A stretch of 63,678 nt of DNA, the filler included, from Intoshia linei (taxonomy: Eukaryota > Animalia > Orthonectida): the NCBI GenBank assembly GCA_001642005.1. It is 6 parts of 6 records of this genome, joined end to end, with 100 filler letters (N's around TTAATTAATTAA, not from the genome) between each part and the next. Parts side by side here need not be neighbours in the genome. Positions count along the whole stretch, not along the records: positions 34,831 to 41,820 come from LWCA01001623.1; positions 41,921 to 54,176 come from LWCA01001093.1; 4 more parts are not named here. One strand, written 5' to 3'. Below the pieces are notes generated by a model. It saw only the letters and a list, made by a program, of their open reading frames with translations. It ran no database searches and was not told the origin of the DNA. Both the position numbers and the translations under genes were made by a program. This document shows, one piece after another, positions 37,165 through 49,676 of the stretch (its first letter is position 1; each line of letters begins with the position of its first letter).

Positions 37165-38466
37165 ATCTAAATCAGTGTTTCTCAAACTTTTTCCATTAGG
37201 GCGTACATTGTACTTGGAAGTAATTAAAAAACATGTTCACACAAGTAAATAACAAAATACCAGTACAAGCAAATACCTAATTGTATAGAATACGATGTAT
37301 ATCTGTTGGTGTCTAGTGAAAATTTTTATTGTTACAATACAATTATAACTGATTTTGAAAACTACAAATTGAAGATCAAAAATTTTTTTGTTACAAAAAA
37401 CAAAAAATCTAATTTAACAGACATTAAGTGAAATAGCAAACAGCTTGTTTTTAATTTTCCGCTGAAACACATAAAATTTCCTGTGTCGCAATATCACACA
37501 ACTCACCAGTTGATATTAATCATACAAAATTGTTCCATAAATGCATTGTAAATTGATTTAAAATTTAAATTAAATTTAATACAGATGATAAATAACTTAC
37601 AATTATTAATTCAATTAGTAATAATGGATAATTAACAACTTGTTAAAACTTTTACACGAGTGACCTTTGATATTTATCACATTAACGCGTCAATAATACA
37701 TTTTTTTGACAGAACTGGGTCAATAATATAATAATAAAAAAATGGCCATCTGTTTCATAAATTCTCCCTTAGGCTGAATCGCCCAATTATAAAACGTTTA
37801 ATAAATACTAACAAAACGCAACACAAAGAGGAAAAAATACAATGTTTTTGTTTTTTCATTAGATTATATCATGTCAATCATTCTAAACATTTTTGAACGA
37901 TGGTCTGATGGAAACTTACAATTATCACGTAAACCCCATATACCAAAATTATCAAAATTTAGAGAATTTTAAATAAGATTAAATACATTAGATTAAGAGT
38001 TATACACATTAATAATTTCAATCCATTACATCAACTACATTATATATTTAATACAAAACACTTAATACGGAGATTTCTAAAAAGCTTATCGATTTATTAT
38101 AAAACAAGATGAATAAAATTTACATAAAAAATAAATCAATAATAATAAAATGTAGGTATAACCCAAACAACCCATTATATGTATGCATACATATTGAAAA
38201 TAAAATTTAAAAATTTACATTCCATTAAATCAGACATGTAAAATAGCCAGTCACACCTAATTATAGTATCATTAATCTGAATTATATAGATTGCATATAT
38301 CCATTTATCAATTTTACGCATTTCTTGTGTATAATTCAATATCATAAACAACCCATATTTTATAAAATTAATGTCACATTTTGAATTGACATTTGACAAA
38401 TAAATGAAGCAAACAAAAACTTTAGATTGATAAAAAATGTATAAATTATGAATTGACAGCAATTAC

Positions 38467-39276
38467 CTCTGGTAGAATTTTAATAGAATTAGAGTCCAAA
38501 AATAATTCCGTCAGATTTGATAGGCTGACTATCACTGGTGGCTAAATAATAATAAAAATAAAAAATTTAAAAAAAACCATTTCACTGAGTAAATTTTCAC
38601 CAAAATCAAGTCTTTCTAAAAGGTTGAGTCTGTAGAAGGAATTTGGAAGAGTGGTAAGTTGGTTTTCCCGAATTTCTAGGTTTTTTAAGTGAGATAGTTT
38701 ACCAAAACGACCAGTAACATATTCAATAAAAGTGTCTTTGAGGTTGAGGTCCACAATAGATATGATTGAAAAAAGGCATTTTGGCAGAGTTGTTAAAGGG
38801 TTAACGCTAGCATCAAGGTAATTTAATTTTCTGCAATTTGAAAGTGTTTCAGGTAATAATTGAATTTTGTTTTTACAGACATCCAGATGTTCAAGTTGGC
38901 ATAAGTTTTGAATAGCATCGGGTATTTCTCGAATTTTATTGTCAGATATATTGAGAATTCGAATAGATCGGCATTGGAAAAGTTGAGTATCTAACGAAAG
39001 AAGGCGGTTAGATTCCAGGTAAAGTTCAGTGAGATTTAATTCATATGAAAAAACATCACTGGGTATGTTGACGAGTCCTTTATGATCAAAATAAAGATGT
39101 ATAGAATTCTCTATACACGACATGCAATCTTCTGAAGTAAAACTTGTCTGTTGACTTGGACATTTAGAATTGGTATTATCACTTGCTTTGTCAATACTAG
39201 AAAACCCATCGCGCATATCTTGGTTCTTGCCCAATTTAAATACTCGTTTGAATAATTTTACCATCCTAAAAGACAT
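38467..39276 (-). CDS. Erbin/Densin-180 (LAP family) leucine-rich-repeat protein, 5' part only (exons 39276-38578, 38541-38467)
   Basis: IPSDVFSYELNLTELYLESN..QLFQC..ISDN..LDASVNPL..FGKL..LEIRENQL..LERLDFGEN follows the LRRC7/ERBIN N-terminus. Downstream exons were not found in this segment. Confidence 0.88.
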
Positions 39277-40559
39277 TGTTAATATCAAATATATTGAAAT
39301 CAGTTTATAAACTCAAATAGCCGTCATATGAACCATTGTCGTCTCAAACCCACTTTAATGCTAAAAGGAGTGCATCCGCTTCAATTCAGCACAATAGATT
39401 ATTGATTGTATACACTAGAGCTGCACTCTTAGTGTAACTAATTTTAGAACATTACAGTATAAGCTAACACGGATAATGTGAAACTAACACCGATTTGAAA
39501 TAAAATTGGTTAATGACTTGCCGGTAATATCAAGTTAATAACCTACAACTGTCTCACAAATTAAAAACAATAATGCAATCAAATTTTGATTGTTTATTAA
39601 ACATTATGTGAAAATATTAAATTACCTAACACGGAATTGTAATGTATATATTTTTTAATTCTAATTTGAACATTTTACGTCATACAAAATATTGCATTTT
39701 CATTATTGGCGTTTTGGCCCGCTCAAACTCGTAGTTGTGGATATATATTTATGTCGTTAAACTTATTTTCAAATGAGTTCCGTCTAATCTAATGGAATGT
39801 TTTGTTGATTATTTACAACACTATCATATTTGTACAATGTTTTTATAAGACTTAGTGCTACTTTTTCATTCATAACATTGGATTACAATTACAAAGAAAT
39901 GTGCGAAATTGTTTGACAGTATTTCACATTTTGTATCAATTCGCCTGGTTAATTTACATATGTTTTTATGAACTCATCAGACGTGTCAGCATTTTAATTA
40001 TACATTTCATTTATGCAATTGTATCATATTTTTTGTATTGTTTAGATTTTATGGATTCTATTGTTTATTAATTGCATTAATATATATATCTGTCTCAGGA
40101 ATTAATTACGAATTATTATTTCCTAGGTTTTGAATAACATAAATAGATTGTTATTGAAATGTTTTTTCAATACATTCTTTATTAGTATTTACAGTTTATG
40201 ATATATCAGACAAGTAAAATATGTAAAATATGACCATTTCTCTCCGTAATAACAAATTTTTTTTTCATAACTTTTAAAATAACATAAAAATAAAAAAATT
40301 GCATTAATTGTTTTGTAATGATTACTGAAATGTTTTTTGTAGGAGGATAATTTAAAGAGCCTTTACAATAACAATTTAATATAAATTCTTTACACCTGAA
40401 CTATCATTATAAACAAGTAAATCTTCATAGTGATCAATGTCACCACTACATCTCCACCACAAAGTCTTTAAGATAGGCAGGGGTGGTTTTTTTTCTTGGT
40501 TTATGAAGATTTTATTGCTTGGATAAAATAGGATTATTAGCTATATAATTTTTTGCATG

Positions 40560-41820
40560 GAAGGAAGTCGATTTTTGAGATTTTTAATTAAAATTTCGCT
40601 TCACAGAAGCATTATGAAGGTTTTTGGACCTCTTAAGATTATTTTGAAAATTTTTTTTATCAACTATATCATACTTTGGTACACCGAAAACCATTTCATA
40701 TGGTGAAATGCCATTTTTTGAGGTAGGCAATAAGCGCAGACTCATTAATACATAATTAAGTAGTTCATCCCAATCGCAATCGTATTCATTATCTAAAACG
40801 CGAAATTTACTCGGATACTCCTATTATATCTTTCTACAAGACCATTTTCATGATGGCAATATAGTTTGAAGCGCAATACATTGATATTAAAATTTTTTCC
40901 CAATTTATCAATTAATTCACAATTGAATTGACGTCCACCATCAGTATGAATAATTTTTGGAGGACCAAAGCGAGTAATAATACACTCTATTAATATATCA
41001 TAAACAGTAATTGCACTAATATCAGTCACTGCTTTAGCTTCCACCCAACCGCTAAAATAGTCCACCATTACAATGATATATTTATTCAATTTAGAAGTTT
41101 CAGGAGGGGACCCAATATATCCACTTGCCATATATGATTAATGTAATTTGATTCAACAGTTTTCAGTGGGCCTACACGAGAATGATTTCGAGATTTTGCC
41201 ACATTACATGATTCACACTTTTTTATGGATTCCTTAATGTAACTATACATGTATGGCCAAAATAATGTCTTTCTTATTTCCCAAAAGCACTTAGTGATGC
41301 CAGGGTGAGAATAGGACATGGAATTATGGTAATGTTTTAATACTTGTATTCTATTAGCACTAGAGACTATGTATAATTTAGATTTGTTTTGCATAAGATA
41401 AAAACTACCATTTTCTATCCGCAATATATTTCTTAATTTGTAGTATTTACTAGTTTGAGGAATATCATTAACGCCTTTGTTTATTATGTGTTGGATATCA
41501 TCATCCTGACATTGATTTAATGAATTTGAGAAATCGTGAAAGAAAATTTGGTTCATTTTTGAATCTCTCGACAAAACATCGGCCGTAAAATTTAATCGAC
41601 CTGGCCTATAAATAATGGTATAATCAAATTCCTCCAATTTAGACATTATGCGAAATTGTTTGTCAGTAATATTTTTAGAGGCACGTAAATGAACGAGTGG
41701 ATTATGGTCTGTAATTATAGTAAAATGCATTCCTAATAAATAATGCCTAAACTTGACAACACTATATACCATTGCGTAGAATTCCTTATTAATTGTACTA
41801 TATCTCATTTGTGTATCTGT
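40560..41820 (-). mobile_element. Gypsy/Ty3 LTR-retrotransposon pol remnant (RNase H, integrase)
   Basis: RYSTINKEFYA..FRHYLLG..ITDHNPL..YRPGRLNFTADVLSR, HPG..C..C zinc finger, VDYFSGW, IHTDGGRQF and NGLVERYN. Frameshift near 41110. Confidence 0.93.
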
Positions 41821-42515
41821 NNNNNNNNNNNNNNNNNNNNNNNNNNNNNNNNNNNNNNNNNNNNTTAATTAATTAANNNNNNNNNNNNNNNNNNNNNNNN
41901 NNNNNNNNNNNNNNNNNNNNTATATAAATAAATAATAATAAATAATTTATATTAATAATTGTAAAATTATTTAAAAAAAATAAACTTGAAAGTACAAATT
42001 TTTTGTCTTAAAAAATCACGACCGTTTTCAAATTTTTTTTCGTCATTGTGTTCTAAATAAATTATGTATCTGCACTCAAATATACTTTTTTAAATTCCAA
42101 AAAAAATGTCAAAAGTGCACAACCTAATGCACATCTATAATTAATATCCTTTTTTTATTTTTGCGAAAAAACACAAATTTGGAAACTATTGTATAACAAC
42201 CTTTAAATACAGTTAAAAGAAACGCCCAAAAAAAATTTTCGCCTTCGTCGAATTTAAATATATTGCTCGCTTCCACTACTCTGTAAAGACGTGGATAGAG
42301 GTAGGTCTCAGTCATCACGGGTTCTATTATTCTAAATTAATAGGTCATGTGCGAAAAAATTTTTCTACTCCGGCAGGGTAATGCTGTAAAAACATTAAAT
42401 AATAGATAGATTTGTTAATTTTGTATATATGACCTACAATATTTACCTGATCCGACCCAGTATTAGCTATCCGTGACCCTTATTGGTGATTTGAGAATAA
42501 TCAAAATAAAAATAC

Positions 42516-42896
42516 TCTAAATAGATTTTGTTCCGAATATTAACGTCCTTTTCCATAATAGGATCATCGAAAAATCTTTTTTTGAATTTAGACTTTTTCA
42601 ATATACATCCACATTGATAACACGGTCCCTTTTCACGTACAAAAATAGAATCTATGCAATTTTCACATCTAAAATAGAGTAATAATATAGATACCATTAC
42701 ATGATTAAACTTTTAAAACCTAAAACACATTGCTATAAAATATTGTATTGCCTATTACTTGTCTCAATGGACAACTTTCAATTAAGTAACAATTAAAATT
42801 TAAATATTACAAGATATGGCCGCAGACATTTACCATCAAATTAAGATGAATTGTCATAATGCTGTTGGATTTGCAATTAGGACAAGATTCAGTCAT
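42516..42896 (-). CDS. MNAT1: CDK-activating kinase assembly factor MAT1, 5' part (exons 42896-42811, 42668-42516)
   Basis: MTESCPNCK..LMVNVCGHIL|CENCIDSIFVREKGPCYQC..LKKSKF..FDDPIMEKDVNIR is the MAT1 RING domain. Confidence 0.93.
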
Positions 42897-43393
42897 TATA
42901 TATTATTTTTTATCGTTAAAACATATTGGAATATTAGGAAAATAAATTATATTTCATATTAAAATTTAAATCAGGACCTTTTTTAATCTAGGTGCACCCA
43001 GCGTTGCCAGATATAAAGTTAAACTCTTTATTTAAAAATGATAATTTGAAATGTATGTTTGCTGTGTTTATAGTGTAGTTACTTTATGATGAATTATGAC
43101 ATCAATTAAACATAAATCTAGTTGTACTTCCAACAATTGAAAATAATGTCAATTTTAATTAATTATAATTCGTGAAAATTTAAATTTATGGATATTTTGC
43201 ATTTTAAAATATTTTTTATTTTTAGTATTGTCCGGTCTGACTATTAATTAATTATATTCAAATAGGATCTAGATTTTTAAATAACATGATGACATTCATT
43301 CTGAATACTTTGTCGGCATATCAATAACTTTATTACCATATAAATTTCATTTATATAAAAACATTTTCAATAAACTTTATTCAATTTCTATAC

Positions 43394-44272
43394 ATGTCGA
43401 TAATTAGTAAAAATTCACTGAAATTATTAAACCGGTTTGTAAGTATGAAACAACAAGTAATAAACAATTTAGGAATATTTTGAAAATATGTGGAACAGCA
43501 CATTTATCAAATCAAACCGAAATTAAAAAGTATACATTACCTGACTTGGATTATGATTTCAATGCATTGGAGCCATACATTTCTGCTGATATTATGCGGT
43601 TACATTACGAAAAACACCACGCTACATACGTGAATAATCTGAACATTAGTTTGGAAAAGAGTTTAGACTGTTGTGCTAAGAGTTTCACCTTGTTTTAATA
43701 TTCTAAATTAATTTAGATGACATTGAAGGACACATACAACATCAGAAATTGATTCGTTTCAATGGAGGCGGTCACATTAACCACTCCTTGTTTTGGAAAT
43801 GCTTATCTCCTTTTGGAGGAGGATCACCTTCAGGTATAATAAATATTTATGAACTGAATGATTATTTTCTATAGGTCTTTTAATGAATGCTATTAGAGAT
43901 CAATTTGGAGATTTTCAAAGTTTTCAGAGTAAATTTACCGCCAGTGCTATTGGTGTACAAGGGTCCGGATGGTGTTGGCTTTCCGTTTGTCCAAATTCTA
44001 AAACATTGCATATTATGACTACCAACAACCAAGACCCTCTGCTGGCGTCAACCGGTAAATTTATTTTAAGTGCAATGGATGAATGACACTTTTTCATAGG
44101 TATGATTCCAATCCTTGGCGTAGACGTCTGGGAACATGCTTATTATTTACAATACCAAAATCGCAGACCAGAATACTTGACGTCAATTTTCAATGTAATT
44201 GATTGGAAATGTGTTAATTCCAAGTATGAAACATTAGTAGAAACACAAAATAATACGACAGGAAAAAGTTAA
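43394..44272 (+). CDS. SOD2: Mitochondrial Mn superoxide dismutase, 5 exons
   Basis: [57 protein letters not shown] and [11 protein letters not shown]. Introns are about 35-45 nt. Confidence 0.97.
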
Positions 44273-44321
44273 AAAATATTCATTAAAATTTAATTACATA
44301 ATAGTAACAATTAGAAATAAC

Positions 44322-45693
44322 TTAATACCCACCAACATCATTTCTTCCTCTTCTGTCGTAAGGACTAAAAAATTGTTTTTTTTGTGGAGTCATCTTCACT
44401 ATATTAAAATTAATTTCAGTTACTAAAAAAATTACAATTTGATACATATGAATTTCCATTATACTAAAAAAATTATTAGAAATAAAATTAATGTATGTAA
44501 TTGTATTTGTATGTATGTAATGTAATGAATTAAAATAATGTGAACATGGTATTAATAAAAAAAATTTTATAAACAAATATAAAACTCAAATGACGCTTAA
44601 TTGAAAAATACCGAATTGCTTCCAGAACTAAAGAAAATATATACAGTTTAACAAATAGTTTTACTATGCTGTTCTAGTAGAATATCCAACTTGCTCTTTA
44701 GGGACTGTTGCAGTCAACTAAATTTAATAAGAAAAGTAAAATGAAATATACTTCGCAAATAATATTTGATAGCCAACAAACTGCACTGGAGATACGTCGC
44801 GCTCCATCAATTACGTGTGCTGTTGTTTCGATCAATATATGAGGCTGTTCATTCATGTTAGTTTTGCCAACCTTTTTATCAAGTTCCTCTTTCTATACGG
44901 TGTAAATATTACCAACCTACTTTAGATACCTTATTATTGGGTCTAATTGTGCCTCTACCAAGAATTGTTAGTTTAGTTTTGGTTTCTCTCTGTATTTTTT
45001 GTAAATTGGATCCTCGTACTCCTAGAATTTTTCCGATTAAATTAATCTAAAATTCTATTAAACTAAAAAACGGTAACGCACGTCTGGAAATTCTTTAATG
45101 GGTATATAAATTTTTTGACTCAACATTTGAGTTTGCAGTGTATGGGGTTCACAATATTCTCGTTCTCCTTGTTCTAATCTTAAAATTTCTAAAATTTGTT
45201 TTAAATAATAAAATGAACTATTACTATTTTCAATTAGTTGTTTTATTAATTCACAATTGTTTGGGATTTGCTCAATTTCTTTTTTCAATTGCTTTATATA
45301 AGCTTCAGTATCAATAGGAATTCCTATTCTGTTGTCTACGACCGGTACTGGGATAATAGTTTCTTTAACTTCTTTCTTCTCACCATTTGTGGCTTCTGTC
45401 GTTTCTTTTTTCTCATCATTTGTGGCCTCTGTCGTTTCTTTTTCTTCACCGTTTGTGGCCTCTGTCGTTTCATTTCTAACTTCATTTCCATTGTCTGGGT
45501 TAGAATTATCTTGACACGGCTTTACTTGTTGGTCGATTTGGATAACTTCCGGTACATTTGCCTCTGTTGTCGGTTTACCATTATCTTCCACTTCATTATT
45601 CATGGCTGTTGTATATGCAGGTTCGTCTATTTCTTCGTTCGGTATATCAACCTGTTCAATTATATCTGCGTTACTGTTTTCTGTTTGACTCAT
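44322..45693 (-). CDS. STAR-family KH RNA-binding protein (KHDRBS/Sam68-like) with acidic repeat N-terminus
   Basis: Spliced KIYIPIKEFPD|INLIGKILGVRGSNLQKIQRETKTKLTILGRGTIRPNNK|KEE..EQPHILIE is a STAR maxi-KH domain. The last exons are uncertain. Confidence 0.85.
45371..45478 (-). repeat. Coding tandem repeat, 3 x 33 nt (ETTEATN[G/D]E[E/K]K)
   Basis: Visible in the translation: ETTEATNGEEK-ETTEATNDEKK-ETTEATNGEKK. Confidence 0.9.
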
Positions 45694-45802
45694 TTGAGAA
45701 TATTGTAATTTTATAATGATTGATAAACAAGATAAATAAATTACGGAAACGATTTATATAGCAACGATAATCGCATAGAAACTGTTCATTATTGCTAACG
45801 TT

Positions 45803-46339
45803 ATGGAATACAATAAGTTATCTAACAAAACAACAAACATTCCCAATTATGTTCCTGATTTTAAATCAGTCATAAATGTAATTTTTATATGCTTACGTGT
45901 TTTTCTAATTAGATTTATCTAGCAAATTTTTTTTGCGATAAAAGAATTAGAACAAGAAAGTACCAAATCAAAGTTTTATTTGAGATTTTAAATTGTTAAC
46001 TAATTTTAGTGAGGCGGCTCTCAGAATTAAAATAAGCAAATTTTACTCATTGTGTTCAGAATTTGAAAAAGATTTAGTAATTTGATTCGTTGAAAATTGA
46101 AATCAATTGTACGAATTTAGATGTTTATTTCAAATCAAGTACATAACAACGCTTTGGTTAATACAATGTGTGATAATATCTATAAAAATACAGAAAATCC
46201 TACTGTTGATTTTTTGACACGTCAGTCCGAATGTCATATAATGTTTATCAAGATGGTTCGAAGTGTTATTAGCAAATTTTGCTATACAATCGGCACCATT
46301 TCTACTACTTGTATTAATTCAGATTTGGATAAAATTTAA
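45803..46339 (+). CDS. Orphan small protein, 4 exons
   Basis: MEYNKLSNKTTNIPNYVPDFKSVIN|IYLANFFCDKRIRTRN|EAALRIK..EKDL|MFISNQ..DKI*. Three short phase-compatible GT-AG introns. Confidence 0.7.
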
Positions 46340-46342
46340 TGT

Positions 46343-46874
46343 TTATTGTTTAAAAAAATGGTTGATGGTTTTACTGTTTTTTCTTTTTTTTTGGTTTTCC
46401 TTTTTTTGTTTTCTTTTTTTTGTTTTTTGACTCGCTAAATTATTTGGTTAGTTTCGAAAAATTATAATAAAATTGTAAAAATACAGGTTACTAAAATCGT
46501 TGTGCCATAGGGAATAATACGAATACACCCAATGTCGATTCATGTTTTGTGACATGCGTAAGCTAAATAGGTATTTGTGGTTTCGAATGTTGGTCGCCTC
46601 CCGTTCTTTTTCTATTTGACTTAATTTTGCTTTCTGCTCCATAGCGAATTTGGCCTCATCCATTTTCATTTTTTTATCCTACATTTTGATTGAATTTTAA
46701 ATTTTGTTTTATTTAGTTTTAATAGCATATTAATACCAATTGGTTCATTTCTTCTTTTTTCTCTTGTTTTCTTTTTGTTCGTAATTTTTCTAATTGTTCG
46801 TGTACTATTTTTGTGTTTTTTAGTTCTTCACTAGATAATAAAATATAATCAATTAGAGGTGGTATCAACCTCAT
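46343..46874 (-). CDS. Small charged coiled-coil protein with RHWVYSYY motif, 4 exons
   Basis: MS|EELKNTK..EMNQL|DKKMKMDEAK..SQNMNRHWVYSYYSLWHNDF|TSQKTKK..FKQ*. Confidence 0.7.
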
Positions 46875-47099
46875 TTTTATTTACTAATGGTTAGTGCCAT
46901 TTAAAAAAAGTCACATCAGTCATTCGCTCATAATGCTTGCTCTCGAAAATTCTAGAAAAATTCGAGAATCTCCTGAAAGTAATACTGATGTCATTCAGTG
47001 AATTATGACATTTGTGTTCAATTACATAGAAAAATGTTTGAAATTTAATAATGATAATTTCTATTTTTTTAACATTCCACGTTAAAGAATCTTAAAAGG

Positions 47100-47260
47100 A
47101 ATTAATATATGAAGCTACCGGGATATAACAAAAAATGTCAGTTTTTTTGTACTGATGACGATTGACCCTACATCTATACAAAATGAACGCAATTTTTCAA
47201 AAAGTGGTTTATTTGTATCGGGAAGGAGAACATTATTATTCATAAATTCTTTATGTACAG
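47100..47260 (+). pseudogene. hAT dimerisation-domain remnant
   Basis: VLMTIDPTSIQNERNFSKSGLFVSGRRT, related to the 13.2-13.4 kb remnant. Confidence 0.65.
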
Positions 47261-47289
47261 AATATTATTTACGATTTATTTGTTAGCTA

Positions 47290-49117
47290 TCCTTTACTTA
47301 TATAAAATTGAATATATGTCTGTTAGCGTATATTTAAAAAATTACAATGGTAATATTTAAAAACCCAATATCTTATTCAGTTTTTTTCAGCACTTGTTTG
47401 TATCTATTTTCAGTTTCAGAATATGAGTCCTTCAGGGTCTAAAACCAAATTACCCTTTGTTGTAAAAATAAAACATAAATTCTGTGACGCGTTTTAAAAT
47501 AATTAACATTGTCGTAAATCTCAGCCTCAGAAACGCACACCTTCATAGTAAAAATCCAAATTACCCTTTGTTGTAAAAATAAAACAAATTCTGGGATAGT
47601 TTTTAAAATCATAAGTACTATCATCAATTGTATCCTCAAAAAAGTGAATTGTCACGATCAAAACCCAGATTACTCTTTTTTTAAAAATTAAAAGAGCTCT
47701 AGAATTTTAAAGAAAATTACCGATGATACAGTTATATCCTGTTAACACACACAAAACATTTCAATCTGATAAACTGACGCCTTGTGAAAAAATTCTTTGG
47801 CATTTATTTTATTAAAGCAAAAAATTTGAAATAATTAATGTTTAATAAAATATTTCGGAAAAAAATATTTGAATACTAAAATGCTTTTTTGACCTTGAAG
47901 TCGTCACTTATTCAGATTGAAATTTTTTTGTGTGTTAACGGGATACAACTACCACCTGTAAATTTTTTGAAATTATAGGGCTGTTTTGAGGGTTTTCATT
48001 AAAAAAAAGCGTAATTTGTGGTTTTGGCCCTGAAGATATAATTTTTTTAAATTTACGATAAGTTTGTGATTTTAAAATTCGTATCAGCGTATATATTTTT
48101 TTAAATTCTCCAACTTGTTTGATTTTTAAAAAAAAGGACAATTGGAGTTTTTTACCCGTAAGATGTGAGTTTGAGAGGTTGAAATTTATCTTATTATATC
48201 CCGGAAAAAACTGTAATTGAAATTTGGCCTTTATAAAATTCTAAGACTAGTAGTTATTGAAATAAAGTAGAACACACACACACAAACAAAAATTGCATAG
48301 CATATTATATAAGTTAGGATATTTTTTAAATGTTGAATTAAAAATGAAAAGTACATATTCATCCTACAATTTCAAAAAAAATATGGATTGAACGTCTACA
48401 TATTTTTAATAAAGAAATATGGATGAAAATCTATATAATTCATTCCTTCGAAATCAACGGATCCATGTGAATTCTTGAGGTCCATGAAAAATGATATAAA
48501 TCTTAAATTATTTACAGAAATAAAATAAAGTAAAAAATTGACTTGTAATTAGTAAAAAAATTAGTTTATATCTATGATAGTCATTAAAAATAGATTATAG
48601 AGCTTTATAGATAAAATTTTTATTAACAGAATTTTTGGTTCATTCAAATTCGTTAAGAAAAAATAACTAATTCAAAATTCCGTTAAAATGGAATTTTTCC
48701 GCTATAATAGAATTTCTGTTAATAAGGACATAAACTACTCATTTTCAAAAAATTTAACGAAATTTTAGTTTAAAACTAAAACAACGACGTAAAACTTTGT
48801 TATTACACTTGTATTTTTATTACAAAGTTGGTAAAATTCACCCGAAATACGTTTTTCAATATATTTATAAAAAACAATATTTATTTCAAGTTTGTTAAAA
48901 TTCCTTCATACGAAAAATTTTTTTAAATGGGCTGAATCCGGTAATTATTATTTATACAAAATCGATTTTACTCATCGAAAGCAGATACTGAATATATACT
49001 ATCACATTAAAAAAAATGTAAAATTTTATTATTATATTTATTTTTTATTAGAATTAAAAAACTACGCAATAGACTGAGCTAGAATGCTGTTTGTACGAAG
49101 TACATAACAGTCAATCT
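47290..49117. mobile_element. Nested cluster: subtype B Helitron (+) containing an inverted subtype A Helitron fragment (about 47870-48319, -) and a pogo-type MITE half (about 48455-48737)
   Basis: A|TCCTTTACTT start at 47290. Minus-strand TCCTAACTTATATAAT start at 48319. 3' hairpin at about 49087-49109. The MITE part matches 50330-50660. Confidence 0.75.
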
Positions 49118-49676
49118 TTTCATATTTCAATTTAGTTTACATATGTTAGTAATATTTGTGAAATGAATCGCATTTTTCTCCTACTTTGAATGCTTTTTTT
49201 AAGATTTTAAAATCATCAATTAATTAATAATAACAGATTGTAAACCTTATTATTTTAAAAGTATTGAATCTTTTTGAACTATAAACTCTGGCATTTTAGT
49301 TTTTTAATAATTAAACATTAATATTGTATTCCAACATTATGAATTAATTCTTTTCTGGAGAATACTCGAGAAATTGCAAGCAATATTCGCTCATGAGTCA
49401 TGATATCTCAAAACTGAAAACCAGATAATTTCCAAATACAAATTGTACTTGGAAATTAGTTACAAAAAATGTAAAAATGAATATCGAAAATTCAAAAAAT
49501 AAAAATAAATTTATTTTTTTTTAATTAATTGTTTATTTTTGATTGTTCGAGTATACATTTATTGTTATCTGGAAAGAGTATTAAATTTTTATATAAGTAA
49601 ATTAAATAAATATTTACATGTCAGAAATTCTGACTCAAAATTAGAGAGTGATTGATAAAACTACAAATGTTATGTA

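Noticed and set aside
39364-39431. Inverted repeat GAGTGCA..TGCACTC upstream of the LRR gene
   Set aside because: The stem is too short to support an RNA gene call.
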